Shown here: piece after piece, positions 9,597-19,547 of the stretch
Layout of the letters: each line of letters opens with the position of its first letter
Position numbering within the stretch: the stretch's first letter is position 1
DNA from: an uncultured Bacteroidota bacterium
GTDB lineage: Bacteria; Bacteroidota; Bacteroidia; Bacteroidales; CG2-30-32-10
Direction: 5' to 3'
NCBI GenBank assembly: GCA_903889915.1
Contig: CAISZK010000029.1
Span: 1 to 59,116, forward strand
Length of the DNA: 59,116 bases
Program-made: the position numbers and the translations under genes
The notes under the pieces: generated by a model
Told to the model about the DNA's origin: nothing
What the model saw: the letters and a program-made list of their open reading frames with translations, nothing else
Databases searched by the model: none

Positions 9597-10097
9597 TTAC
9601 TGTTTATCGTATTTCAACACTTCATCATTCACATATTCCAGCTTCACTCTTGCGGTCTTAAACATTTCTTCAGACTCAACACCTGCATGATATTTTTTTT
9701 CGCAAACCACACGAACGATCCCACAGTTGATGATCATCATTGCACAGGTGCGGCAGGGAGTCATCCGGCAATACAGTGTAGCATTTTGCAGGGATATCCC
9801 AAGTTTTGCAGCCTGGCAAATGGCATTCTGCTCGGCGTGTACTGTTCGCACACAATGTTGGGTGATGGTATCATCCTCATGTATCATTTTTTTTAACTGA
9901 TGCCCCACCTCGTCGCAATGAGGAAGGCCAACAGGAGAACCAACATAACCGCTTACCAGTAACTGTTTGTCGCGAGCGATCACACATCCGCTCCTGCCCC
10001 TGTCGCAAGTAGCACGTTTTGCAACAGTATTTGCAATTTCCATGAAGTATTCATCCCATGAAGGACGTTTGTAAGTTTCTTCAGTCATAAAATTCAT
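9597..10097 (-). CDS. comEB: Deoxycytidylate (dCMP) deaminase
   Basis: HAEQNAI zinc-binding motif and PCRTCAMMI. ~166 aa. Confidence 0.85.
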   Translation of the reverse strand: MNFMTEETYKRPSWDEYFMEIANTVAKRATCDRGRSGCVIARDKQLLVSGYVGSPVGLPHCDEVGHQLKKMIHEDDTITQHCVRTVHAEQNAICQAAKLGISLQNATLYCRMTPCRTCAMMIINCGIVRVVCEKKYHAGVESEEMFKTARVKLEYVNDEVLKYDKQ

Positions 10098-10555
10098 TAT
10101 TTTTTAAAAAGTCTTTCATCAAAAGTAAAGGGTTCAACTTTCAATATTTTCACACTCTTGATATCGCTATGCTTAGGGTTAATAAGATAATTAAATTCAC
10201 CCAGGACTACTACTGAAGGTACGCGAAAAATTAAATTTTTCCCCTTTGAAATTAAATTGTCACCTATTTTTTGAGTGGATTTTGAATGAGGAAAAGTTTT
10301 CCAGTCGAAGGGTAGATCAGCAGTATTAATATTAAGGATTAAAGGATCGGGAATTTCGAGTGTAACAAGTGAATAATCATCCGGCAAATTTCCCAGGGGA
10401 GTGTGAACAGCAATTTCAGTAGTACATAAGGCTCTCGATTCGCTGGTGTAGATCATTGCAACACCTTTGCTGTTCCATCTGCCACCACTTTTTTCGGCGC
10501 CCGTTCCGGATAAGTCATGAGCGTATTTTGCCTTGCACAGCCTGAAAACTTTCAT
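10097..10555 (-). CDS. RES domain toxin (type II TA)
   Basis: GGRWNSKGVAMIYTSESRALCTTE carries the R..E..S signature. Overlaps the upstream antitoxin gene by 4 bp. Confidence 0.75.
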   Translation of the reverse strand: MKVFRLCKAKYAHDLSGTGAEKSGGRWNSKGVAMIYTSESRALCTTEIAVHTPLGNLPDDYSLVTLEIPDPLILNINTADLPFDWKTFPHSKSTQKIGDNLISKGKNLIFRVPSVVVLGEFNYLINPKHSDIKSVKILKVEPFTFDERLFKK

Positions 10556-10983
10556 GCCAGGATTCCATTTTCTATTCTTGTCAGTTCGTCTTTAAGCAGG
10601 TTTATCCCAAATGAATTATCCAATAATTCCTTTGGCTTTACATGTCCCAAAGCAAGATTTTCCGTTTCAAGCCAACTATTAAATTTGATTTTATTGCCAA
10701 AAGTTTTTACACCGAAACTATACAATAATGCTATCTGCACTATCCTCTCCGATTGTTGTGAATCGAAAGTATGGCTTTCCTTTTTGTAGCGCTGCATCGT
10801 ACGTTCGGAGATATTCAAAAAATATGACCATTCAGGAATGGTAAAGGGACTTTTCTTCGCATAGTTTGTAAAAAAATTATACTTGATTCCTTCCCTTATT
10901 GCAGATATAAATTTTAAAATATCCATATCGCCAACTGAGTCGTAGGATATTTCTTTGCTTAAGATATTTGATGTCTTGCCCAT
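10552..10983 (-). CDS. Xre/MbcA/ParS-type antitoxin partner of the RES toxin (DUF2384-like)
   Basis: Lies immediately upstream of the RES gene with a 4-bp overlap. Size ~143 aa. C-terminal ...WLETENLALGHVKPKELL... is typical of RES-associated antitoxins. Confidence 0.65.
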   Translation of the reverse strand: MGKTSNILSKEISYDSVGDMDILKFISAIREGIKYNFFTNYAKKSPFTIPEWSYFLNISERTMQRYKKESHTFDSQQSERIVQIALLYSFGVKTFGNKIKFNSWLETENLALGHVKPKELLDNSFGINLLKDELTRIENGILA

Positions 10984-11106
10984 GATGCAATTGTTTTTAC
11001 AAAGGTATGAAATTTGTCATTACAATTACGACAAGTGTCATAAATAAATCTCAAAGTGTTGTGAAATATTAGAACACTCCTCTATTTTTGAACTATGAAA
11101 AGCATA

Positions 11107-11685
11107 TCAACCCTTCTTCTTTTGGTATCCGGCTATTATTTGCGATAATGACTTATCAACCTGCAACTGCAATTCTTCAATTGACTCTTTATTTTCAAAA
11201 AGAAAATCAGCCAATGCAATGCAACGTGATAAATTCTGTTTGTTCGGATCGTCCGACTGCATTTCTCTTTTTTCATTTTCGAGAAAGGTTTCAAACGACA
11301 CCTGATCGGTTTCTGATTGTCTTTTTAGTATTCGTTTATATCGGGTTTCAGCAGGTGCATTAACAGCCAGCAGATAAAAATCCCCTTTACTCTTTAGCGC
11401 TTCCACCTCACCGGGAGTTCTTATGCTTTCAATCACACAATTGTTTCCTGATTCAGCAGCCTGCTCGAATAATTGCTCCACAATGTAGCTTGATGTGTGC
11501 TTTGCCCTCAGATCATTTGCAACGATCACCATGCTGTCCCTGTTAACGGGAAGCCCGCGTTTATTTATTTCTTCTGTAATGAATGCCCTCACGGAAAAGT
11601 GTGCAAAGCCTTTTTCGTTCACCAGATAATCCACAATAGTTCCTTTGCCGGCGCCCAGAGTTCCTGTTATTCCTATAATGATCAT
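11107..11685 (-). CDS. P-loop nucleotide/nucleoside kinase family protein
   Basis: N-terminal Walker A GITGTLGAGKGT. ~190 aa. Kinase-like fold. Confidence 0.5.
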   Translation of the reverse strand: MIIIGITGTLGAGKGTIVDYLVNEKGFAHFSVRAFITEEINKRGLPVNRDSMVIVANDLRAKHTSSYIVEQLFEQAAESGNNCVIESIRTPGEVEALKSKGDFYLLAVNAPAETRYKRILKRQSETDQVSFETFLENEKREMQSDDPNKQNLSRCIALADFLFENKESIEELQLQVDKSLSQIIAGYQKKKG

Positions 11686-11693
11686 GATTGAAA

Positions 11694-12152
11694 TTATTTT
11701 TGTTCGTATGCGGCTTTTGATTTTTTTATGATTGAAACTATTGCATCATTCAATGCATCATTTCCTTTGCCATCAACAGAAAGACCGATCTGCATATCTC
11801 CTATGCTCAGGTCTTTTTCAGCAATTGTAACACAACCCGCTTTTTTGCAAATATAAAAATTCAGATCCAGAATAAGGTAATAATCCTTGTCCATTCCTCT
11901 CGCCCTGCTGTCAAAAAAGTGAAAATTAATCGTAGTCCTATCATCACTTTTAGTTACAGTTTTAAAAGTTTCACTGTTTGCAATTCCATTTAATTGCGGA
12001 TAGGTGGATTCAAGTTTTACAATATTGTTAATGATAGTATCAGCGATCGCAGAGTATTCCTGTATTTTCTGATCCGTTGATTGTGCACAACCCTGGTACA
12101 TGCATGATGTGATACAGAAAATAAAAATTACGAAGCATACCCTGCTTTTCAT
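11694..12152 (-). CDS. Hypothetical lipoprotein
   Basis: Start chosen at the internal Met MKSRVCFVIFIFCITSC (lipobox). The longer ORF would overlap the upstream gene. Confidence 0.45.
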   Translation of the reverse strand: MKSRVCFVIFIFCITSCMYQGCAQSTDQKIQEYSAIADTIINNIVKLESTYPQLNGIANSETFKTVTKSDDRTTINFHFFDSRARGMDKDYYLILDLNFYICKKAGCVTIAEKDLSIGDMQIGLSVDGKGNDALNDAIVSIIKKSKAAYEQK

Positions 12153-12156
12153 GTTT

Positions 12157-13317
12157 TTATCTGACAGACAAAATTTGTTCTGCGATCCCATAAAACATAG
12201 TGACACCTGTGGCAATAATCGCATCAGGAAAATCATATTTTTCTGTGTGCAGTGCAGGACAATCTTTCCCTGCTCCCAACCCGAACATTGCTCCTGTAAA
12301 GTCTGCTGTGTAGTTACCAAAATCTTCAGACCATCTGAAAGGATATGGAAGATGAAATATCCTTTCATGATTGATTATTGCAGCTTTCTCAATGATATCA
12401 ATAGCTTCAGGATGATTGAAAGTCTCATCAAATTCGTCGCACCATTCAATTGACAGCTTCAAACCGTGTTCCTTTGCTTTCTCTTCGGCAATTAAACGGC
12501 ACTCATGAACAAGCCGCTGCATATTGTGATTGTCGTAACTCCTGAGAGTAGTCATGATCACAGCTTCACCTGCTGCCATGCCAAAGGCAGGTTTGCCAAG
12601 AGAAGCATGTACAATGGTTGTCAGAATAAAATTGTCAAAGCTTTCCGAATACTCAGGAAGGATTTCAATACTTTGAATGATCTCGGTAAATGCTCTGGCA
12701 GGATTAATGCCGTTTTCAGGATAGGCGGCATGACATTCTTTGCCCTTCAATTTTATGATCATGCCTTTGGAAGCAGAAGCAAATTGTTCTTTCTTTATGA
12801 TGATAGTCCCTTCATCATAACCCGGAAGATTGTGCAATGCGAATACGAAATCAGGATTCAGGTTATCAAACAAAGGATCGGCAAGCATTTCCAAGGCACC
12901 TTTGCCTGTCTCTTCTGCCGGTTGAAAAAGTAAAACTATTTTTCCGGCAGAGGGTTTATGCTTTTGAAGCATGCAGGCCATACCGCAGAGGATAGTACTA
13001 TGCCCGTCATGCCCGCATTTGTGTGAAACATTCCCGTTCGTTGAAGCATTGGGAAAATCTTCTTCTTCCGCTATGGGCAATGCATCCGTATCAGCACGGA
13101 AAAGAATGACCGGACCATCTTTCCCGCTTTCGAATATCGCTGCCAGGCCTGTCTTTCCAACATCAATTAAGTTTCCTGAAGGAGCATGCATGAGAATAAA
13201 CTCGCGCAGAATAGCCCATGTCTGTAATTCATTTCCCGAAAGCTCCGCATGCTGATGAAGCTTTTTCCTCAAACTGATAAGTTCATCAAGTGGAATATCA
13301 CCTTGTCCTACTGTCAT
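12157..13317 (-). CDS. M20D family amidohydrolase (N-acyl-amino acid or hippurate hydrolase-like)
   Basis: HKCGHDGH motif. ~386 aa. Peptidase M20 and a dimerisation domain. Confidence 0.8.
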   Translation of the reverse strand: MTVGQGDIPLDELISLRKKLHQHAELSGNELQTWAILREFILMHAPSGNLIDVGKTGLAAIFESGKDGPVILFRADTDALPIAEEEDFPNASTNGNVSHKCGHDGHSTILCGMACMLQKHKPSAGKIVLLFQPAEETGKGALEMLADPLFDNLNPDFVFALHNLPGYDEGTIIIKKEQFASASKGMIIKLKGKECHAAYPENGINPARAFTEIIQSIEILPEYSESFDNFILTTIVHASLGKPAFGMAAGEAVIMTTLRSYDNHNMQRLVHECRLIAEEKAKEHGLKLSIEWCDEFDETFNHPEAIDIIEKAAIINHERIFHLPYPFRWSEDFGNYTADFTGAMFGLGAGKDCPALHTEKYDFPDAIIATGVTMFYGIAEQILSVR

Positions 13318-13364
13318 TGTATTTTGTTAAATTTGCAAAACGAAATCAAAGGTACTTAAAAATT

Positions 13365-14345
13365 ATGAACTCATTATATCCACTTAAATTCAAACCTATT
13401 TTCAAAGATAAAATCTGGGGCGGAGATAAAATTAAAACATTGTTTGGAAAAGATTTTTCCCCTCTTCCCAATTGCGGCGAAAGCTGGGAACTTTCGGGAG
13501 TGGAGAATAATTTATCTGTTGTAACGAATGGTTTTCTTGAAGGCAACACGCTTGAGGAGATCATTGAAGTTTATATGGCAGACCTTGTAGGCGAAAAGAT
13601 TTATGATAAATTTGGTTTGGAATTTCCAATACTTGTCAAGATAATTGACTCCAATGATTGGCTGTCAATTCAGGTACATCCTGACGATAAACTTGCAATG
13701 AAACGACATCAGCAAAACGGGAAATCGGAGATGTGGTATGTGTTGCAGGCTGATCAAAATGCTGAGCTGATCAATGGTTTCAGCCAGGAGGTAAACGAAA
13801 AAAAGTATCTCGATTATTTTAAAAATGGAAAACTGAAAGAGTTGTTGAATTTTGAAAAGGTTAAAGCAGGTGATGTTTTTGATATTCCCGCAGGCAGGGT
13901 TCATGCTTTGGGACCTGGTGTTTGCCTTGCGGAGATTCAGCAAACTTCCGATATCACTTACCGCATTTATGACTGGGACAGGGTTGACGACAAAGGCAAT
14001 TCACGCGAACTGCATGTTGATCTGGCGCTCGATGCCATTGATTTTAAATTCCACGATAGTTATAAAATAGATGGGAAGCCAACAGTAAATGCAAGCAGAA
14101 ACCTTGTAAAATCCACCCATTTCACAACAAACATTATCTCTATAAACAAACCTCTATTGCGGGATTATTACAGCCTTGATTCGTTCGTAATTCTTCTTTG
14201 TACAGAGGGGAATTTTACTATTGAATATGAAGGTGGCATTGAAAAAGTGACTAAAGGAGAAACTATTCTTATTCCCGCTGAACTCAATGACCTGAATCTT
14301 GTTCCGGATAAAACAGCGAATTTGCTTGAAGTTTATATGGAATAG
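13365..14345 (+). CDS. manA: Mannose-6-phosphate isomerase, type I
   Basis: QVHPDD...SEMWYVL cupin motif. Start taken at the internal ATG (MNSLYPLKF...). Confidence 0.75.
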   Translation: MNSLYPLKFKPIFKDKIWGGDKIKTLFGKDFSPLPNCGESWELSGVENNLSVVTNGFLEGNTLEEIIEVYMADLVGEKIYDKFGLEFPILVKIIDSNDWLSIQVHPDDKLAMKRHQQNGKSEMWYVLQADQNAELINGFSQEVNEKKYLDYFKNGKLKELLNFEKVKAGDVFDIPAGRVHALGPGVCLAEIQQTSDITYRIYDWDRVDDKGNSRELHVDLALDAIDFKFHDSYKIDGKPTVNASRNLVKSTHFTTNIISINKPLLRDYYSLDSFVILLCTEGNFTIEYEGGIEKVTKGETILIPAELNDLNLVPDKTANLLEVYME

Positions 14346-14623
14346 AGGCTAAATTTTCTTAGAAGATAAGGCAAGTGACGACAATTTAGAATGGAGAATT
14401 TGCAAAGGAATAAATGTTCAATGTGTTTTCAAATCAAAAATCTTAAATTTCAACAAGATCATTTTTTTTCAGTCGTTCCGGATTTGCATCCTCCGAAAAT
14501 ATTTGCAATCCTTTCGGTTTTAACCAGGGATTTTTAATCTCTTTCTCCATTTTCACTAATACTTTTTTCTCTGCATTTTATAAGTTTTGTTTGTTTTTTT
14601 TACCTTTGTAAAAAAGTTCGGTC

Positions 14624-14926
14624 ATGCCAAAACTATATGAATATTTCGGGTTGATATTTTTTTTTTATTCTAATGAACATGAACCAATTCATATTCATGG
14701 AAGATATCAGGGGAATGAAAGCAAAGCTGAAATTATCTTTGAGAATGGGAAATTTAAAGAGATAATAATAAAAGACATTTCGGGTAAAGCACCTTTGGAT
14801 GTGCAAAACCTGAAAAAGTTCAAAAAAATTATCACTCTATATCGCGATGATATTGTAAGAAAATGGATTGATTTCTTTGTTTATAATATTGAATTTCCAT
14901 CTGAAACAATTACAAAAAAATTATAA
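14624..14926 (+). CDS. DUF4160 family protein
   Basis: MPKLYEYFGLIFFFYSNEHEPIHIHGRY... matches the conserved DUF4160 N-terminus. Confidence 0.6.
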   Translation: MPKLYEYFGLIFFFYSNEHEPIHIHGRYQGNESKAEIIFENGKFKEIIIKDISGKAPLDVQNLKKFKKIITLYRDDIVRKWIDFFVYNIEFPSETITKKL

Positions 14927-14930
14927 AGTT

Positions 14931-15173
14931 ATGGTAATTTCGATTGAAAAAGCTGAGTATTTGGGAGAATATAAAATTAAATTTTCATTCTCCGATAGCG
15001 TTGAGAGAATAATAGATTTCTCCGATTTTTTAAGAAAAGCAAAAAACCCGATGACCAAAAAATATCTTGACAAACAATTGTTTAAAAAATATTCAATTGA
15101 GTATGGAGATATAATTTGGAACGATTACGAAATGTGTTTCCCGATATGGGATTTGCATGAAGGTGAAATATAA
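14931..15173 (+). CDS. DUF2442 family protein (partner of DUF4160)
   Basis: Follows the DUF4160 gene with a 4-bp gap. This pairing is typical. Confidence 0.5.
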   Translation: MVISIEKAEYLGEYKIKFSFSDSVERIIDFSDFLRKAKNPMTKKYLDKQLFKKYSIEYGDIIWNDYEMCFPIWDLHEGEI

Positions 15174-15196
15174 ATTCACATATAGCCTGACAGAAT

Positions 15197-15865
15197 TCAG
15201 ACATTCAATCGCTCCGGATTTATAGTGTCCGAACGTATTTGCAATCCTTCAAGTTCAAATAAGTTTATTTCAAAATTTGTTTTCAAATTATCAATAATTT
15301 CTTCCGTGTTTAAATGATATCCTTCTTTCCTGAGTGATGTCACAAACTCCGAATGCGAACGCCCATTCCTGTAATCGGGTTCTTTCACAGGATGCTTCAG
15401 ATAACGTTCAATGATATCCACATTCGCTGATAAATTCAGCACTGCGTGATAGAAATTTTTCGCTTTATTTCTGTAAAGAGCAGAGCCAAGAATTTTTTTA
15501 TCTGCAATGGCAATATCGCTTATCCCTTTATGTGAAAGTTGTTTTACTCCCAGTTGTTGCAATGACTGAATGATAAGGGAATTTATTTTTTGAAATAAAA
15601 CCTTTGGAGCCTTTAGTGAATTCTCTAGTTTAAGGACAGAAATAACGATAGTTTCGGGTGTCAAAACTACGGCTTGTCCTCCTGTCGGCCTTTTATAAAC
15701 AGCAATGTTATCAACGATGATATTTTCTGCTTTTAGTGAATCTTCAGGTTTATTGCTTGTGCCAATAACAACACAAGTGTTTTCAGGCTGCCATATACTG
15801 AAAGCGTTTTCACTCTTTGCATAGATATTAAAATCCGGAAGATTATATTCCTGAACTTTGATCAT
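15197..15865 (-). CDS. Lipoate-protein ligase / octanoyltransferase family protein (BPL/LPL catalytic domain)
   Basis: YKRPTGGQAVV motif. Lies immediately downstream of the 2-oxoacid dehydrogenase genes. Confidence 0.6.
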   Translation of the reverse strand: MIKVQEYNLPDFNIYAKSENAFSIWQPENTCVVIGTSNKPEDSLKAENIIVDNIAVYKRPTGGQAVVLTPETIVISVLKLENSLKAPKVLFQKINSLIIQSLQQLGVKQLSHKGISDIAIADKKILGSALYRNKAKNFYHAVLNLSANVDIIERYLKHPVKEPDYRNGRSHSEFVTSLRKEGYHLNTEEIIDNLKTNFEINLFELEGLQIRSDTINPERLNV

Positions 15866-15870
15866 TGAAT

Positions 15871-17214
15871 CTATTCCGAAAATAATCGGTACATTGCTTC
15901 AAAGCCGGCCTCTGTGAATATTTCCGATATTGTAGGATGTGCATGGATTATCTGGGTGATATCAAAAATACTTCCTTCATTCTGCATGATAGCGCTGGCT
16001 TCGGAAATCATATCCGAAGCATTGGCAGCAATGATCTGTGCACCCAAAACCTGTCCGTATTTTTTATCTGACAGAAAACGGACAAAACCCTCGGTGTTTC
16101 CTTCAATTAATGCTTTTCCATTGGAAGACAGTGGTAGCTGGGTAATTTTATATTCTATCCCCTCAGAAATTAGTTTTTGTTCGGTCATTCCTATCTGCGA
16201 AATCTCAGGCATGCTATAAAGATTCAGCGGATAGTTATTGACAGAGAAATCGGATTGAATTCCTTTAATTTTATTGATCACCAAGATTCCCTGTGCTGAG
16301 GCTATGTAGGAAAAATAACTCTTGCCATTTACATCACCTATTGCAAAGATATTGGGCTGGTTTGTTTCAAGATTCTTATCAACTTTGATATAGCCTTTTT
16401 CATCCAGATCAATATTTAATCTGCACTCCGGCAATATTGCTTTTCTCAGGCTGCAATTGACGATTTTATCACATTTTATTTTTTTGTCATTCACCAGAAG
16501 TTTTCCGTCTGCATAATTTTCAGAAGTTCCGGCGATGAATTGAATTCCGTTCTTTTTGAATTTGTCAATCATCCAGGACTGCAGGTATTCATCAAAACCG
16601 GGCAGGATTTTTTCATCATTGGATAACAGCGTAACTGATTTCCCAATAAGATTAAAAAACTGTGCCATCTCCACAGCGACGCCACCTTTTCCAATGACAA
16701 CAATGTTTTCGGGGATTTCCTTAAGTTCAAAAAGCTTGTCAATATTGATGATAATATCTTTGAACTTTTGATTGTTATTTTCAGCCGGACGGGAACCTGT
16801 TGCGATAACAACGTCAGTGGCGGTGAAGGATTTGTCACCCACACTCACTGATTTGTCAGCATTGATAATAGCTTCTCCCTGCATAATATCCACACCATGT
16901 TTCTTCAGCATACCTTCAATTCCTTTTGACAATTTATGGGTAATACCAATGGAACGTTCTTTCACTTTTTCCCAATTGAAAACAATTTTCAAGGGATCCA
17001 CTCCGTCAATGCCAAATTCATCAACCTTCTTTGTTTTTGAGAAAATTCTGGCACTTTCAATAATTGCCTTGGTTGGGATGCAGCCCCAGTTGATGCACAT
17101 GCCGCCAATGTGACTCTTTTCGATCAAAGCGGTTTTCATTCCAAGTTGTGAAGCCCTGAGTGCAGCTGCATATCCTGCAGGCCCTGCACCTATAATGATG
17201 ATATCGTATTCCAT
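15871..17214 (-). CDS. lpd: Dihydrolipoyl dehydrogenase (E3)
   Basis: YDIIIIGAGPAGY...GGMCINWGCIPTK redox-active disulfide motif. Confidence 0.92.
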   Translation of the reverse strand: MEYDIIIIGAGPAGYAAALRASQLGMKTALIEKSHIGGMCINWGCIPTKAIIESARIFSKTKKVDEFGIDGVDPLKIVFNWEKVKERSIGITHKLSKGIEGMLKKHGVDIMQGEAIINADKSVSVGDKSFTATDVVIATGSRPAENNNQKFKDIIINIDKLFELKEIPENIVVIGKGGVAVEMAQFFNLIGKSVTLLSNDEKILPGFDEYLQSWMIDKFKKNGIQFIAGTSENYADGKLLVNDKKIKCDKIVNCSLRKAILPECRLNIDLDEKGYIKVDKNLETNQPNIFAIGDVNGKSYFSYIASAQGILVINKIKGIQSDFSVNNYPLNLYSMPEISQIGMTEQKLISEGIEYKITQLPLSSNGKALIEGNTEGFVRFLSDKKYGQVLGAQIIAANASDMISEASAIMQNEGSIFDITQIIHAHPTISEIFTEAGFEAMYRLFSE

Positions 17215-17269
17215 TTTTTTAAAGTTTAAAGTGTTTGTTGCTTAAAGTGTTTATTGATCTTGGAAACTC

Positions 17270-18559
17270 TTATTCCATAAGCAATGAAACAGGGTCTTCC
17301 AGGTATCTCATAACCTGTAGTAAAAACCGTGTTACTTCACCACCATCAACGATGCGGTGGTCAACAGTGAGTGAAAGCGGAAGAATATTTCCGATAACTA
17401 TTTGGTCATTCTTAACTATGGGAGTTTTCAAAACTCTGCCTACACCCAGTATTCCTGCCTGTGGATAGTTGATCACAGGGACAGCAAAAATACCACCCAT
17501 GGAACCATAGTTGGTAATTGTGAAAGTCCCGTCTTTCAATTCATCCATTGTAAGTTTTCGGTCCCTGCCTTTCTCACTCAATTCGGTGATCTTTTGTGCA
17601 AGTTCAAAAATTGAAAGTTTATCCACATCATGGATCACAGGAACCACAAGTCCTTCGGGAGTGTCAACAGCAATGCCGATGTTATAATGCTTCATGTAAA
17701 TCATTCTGTTGTTCTCCATGTCAAGCTGAGAATTCAAAGCACGGTGAGTTTTCAATGCCATCGCTGTTGCTTTCAGAACGAAGGGCAGATAGGTTATCTT
17801 CACTTTCTTTTCTGCAAACAAAGCTTTGTGCTCTTCACGGACCTTTATCAACTCTGATATTTCAACCTCTTCATGCACCGACATACGTACTGCATTTTGC
17901 GCAGACAAAGTCATATTTTTCGCGATGGTTTTCCTTATTTGAGATAGCGGTTCATAAGTTGCCATTTCAGTAGGTTCAATCGGAGCCTGTGGTCTTACAA
18001 CCTGTGGCGTTTGTGCGGTACTCTCAAGATGTTTTTTTACATCAGCAATAGTAACTCTTCCGTTTGGTCCGGTGCCGGTTACTTTGTTGATTTTTACATT
18101 CACCTCTTTGGCATAAGCACGTGCAACAGGCGTGGAGAGGATTTTCCTGATAGTTTTTTCTGTTTCAACCGCTGGTTTATCAAAACCTTCGTTGCTGGCA
18201 GGCAGATATGCATTGTTTCCTGCAACCTCCATGGTTCCTACAACGCCTGCAGCCCCTTCTTCAATAGGTTCTGTTACTGTTTCTTTTTTCGCTTCTTCGA
18301 CTGCTTCTTTTCCGAAAACGCCTTCAATTTCTATTTCAACCAAAGGCGCACCAACATGTATCGTTTCTCCCGGTTCACCATAGATTGCAACAATGGCTCC
18401 TGTTTTCGGAGATGGAATATCAGTAACAACTTTATCGGTTTCCATTCTCACAAGCGCATCACCTGAATGTATCTGCTGTCCTTTTATGACATACCATTCC
18501 GCAATAGTACCTTCATCAAGTCCTTCGCCAATATCAGGAAAATTAAAAATAAATCTCAT
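17270..18559 (-). CDS. Dihydrolipoamide acyltransferase (E2) of a 2-oxoacid dehydrogenase complex
   Basis: Lipoyl domain (METDKV), E3-binding domain and catalytic DHRIVDG motif. Confidence 0.9.
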   Translation of the reverse strand: MRFIFNFPDIGEGLDEGTIAEWYVIKGQQIHSGDALVRMETDKVVTDIPSPKTGAIVAIYGEPGETIHVGAPLVEIEIEGVFGKEAVEEAKKETVTEPIEEGAAGVVGTMEVAGNNAYLPASNEGFDKPAVETEKTIRKILSTPVARAYAKEVNVKINKVTGTGPNGRVTIADVKKHLESTAQTPQVVRPQAPIEPTEMATYEPLSQIRKTIAKNMTLSAQNAVRMSVHEEVEISELIKVREEHKALFAEKKVKITYLPFVLKATAMALKTHRALNSQLDMENNRMIYMKHYNIGIAVDTPEGLVVPVIHDVDKLSIFELAQKITELSEKGRDRKLTMDELKDGTFTITNYGSMGGIFAVPVINYPQAGILGVGRVLKTPIVKNDQIVIGNILPLSLTVDHRIVDGGEVTRFLLQVMRYLEDPVSLLME

Positions 18560-18569
18560 ACTCTTCTTT

Positions 18570-19547
18570 TTAGAATTTTACCGTACGTTCAATTTCATAA
18601 AATATTTTTTCAGGTGATTGCATGTAAAAATGCTCACCCTTTGGTAAAGGAACTGCAGTATCAAAACCTGAAACTCTTCTGGGAGGAGCTTCAAGGTTGA
18701 GGAAAGCTTCTTCATTCACTATTGCTATCAGTTCAGCCCCGGCTCCAAAACTCAATGGTCCTTCCGTGACTGCAATAAATCTTCCTGTTTTCTGAACCGA
18801 TTTGGCAATGGTCTCCCTGTCTATAGGGAATATGCTGCGAAGGTCAATAAGCTCAACTGATATCCCGGCGCCTTTAGCCATTACGATTGCTTTCTGTGCT
18901 TCACGAACCATAGCTCCATAAGCAACCACTGTGACGTCATTTCCCTCAGCAAGTACTTTGGCTTTTCCAAGAGGAATTGAAAATTTTTCATCAGCCACTT
19001 CCTGCTTGATCGCCCTGTAAATTCTTTTTGGCTCCATGAATATAATGGTGTCATCACTTTCGATGGCAGAGATCAAAAGGCCTTTGGCATCGTGTGGCGT
19101 GGATGGTATCACAACTTTTAAACCCTGTATATGCCCGTAGATGGCTTCAGGGCTGTCGGAATGATGTTCCAGCGCATTGATGCCTCCGCCATAAGGTATC
19201 CTTATTACAATCGGAGTTTTATAACGTCCCCTCGAACGGTTGTGCATACGTGCAGCATGAGAGATTATTTGGTTTAACGCAGGATAAGAGAATCCGTCAA
19301 ACTGCATTTCAATCACAGGACGAAGCCCTGAAACAGCCATACCCACAGCAGTTCCGGCAATGGCAGCTTCTGCAAGAGGCGAATCAAACACACGCAGCTC
19401 ACCATATTTCTTCTGTAGTCCTTCAGTTACACGGAAAACACCGCCTTCGACTCCTACATCTTCTCCATAGACCACTACATTTTCATCATCACCAAGCTTT
19501 ATATCAAGTGCGTTGTTAATCGCATTTACCATAGTCATTACACTCAT
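18570..19547 (-). CDS. 2-oxoacid dehydrogenase E1 component beta subunit
   Basis: Transketolase-like pyrimidine-binding and C-terminal domains. Start at MSVMTM gives a 4-bp ATGA overlap with E1 alpha. Confidence 0.88.
   Translation of the reverse strand: MSVMTMVNAINNALDIKLGDDENVVVYGEDVGVEGGVFRVTEGLQKKYGELRVFDSPLAEAAIAGTAVGMAVSGLRPVIEMQFDGFSYPALNQIISHAARMHNRSRGRYKTPIVIRIPYGGGINALEHHSDSPEAIYGHIQGLKVVIPSTPHDAKGLLISAIESDDTIIFMEPKRIYRAIKQEVADEKFSIPLGKAKVLAEGNDVTVVAYGAMVREAQKAIVMAKGAGISVELIDLRSIFPIDRETIAKSVQKTGRFIAVTEGPLSFGAGAELIAIVNEEAFLNLEAPPRRVSGFDTAVPLPKGEHFYMQSPEKIFYEIERTVKF

Noticed and set aside
11694-12368. Full 224-aa extent of the minus-strand ORF
   Set aside because: The N-terminal 72 aa would overlap the upstream M20 gene. 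The internal Met followed by a lipobox (MKSRVCFVIFIFCITSC) is the credible start, so the CDS was trimmed to 11694-12152.
12505-13255. + strand ORFs 12505-12933 and 12971-13255
   Set aside because: They are antisense to the M20D amidohydrolase gene, which carries the HxCGHDGH motif. They are shadow ORFs.
17596-18617. Multiple + strand ORFs (17596-17973, 18011-18466, 18132-18383, 18393-18617)
   Set aside because: All are antisense to the E2 acyltransferase gene and are spurious.
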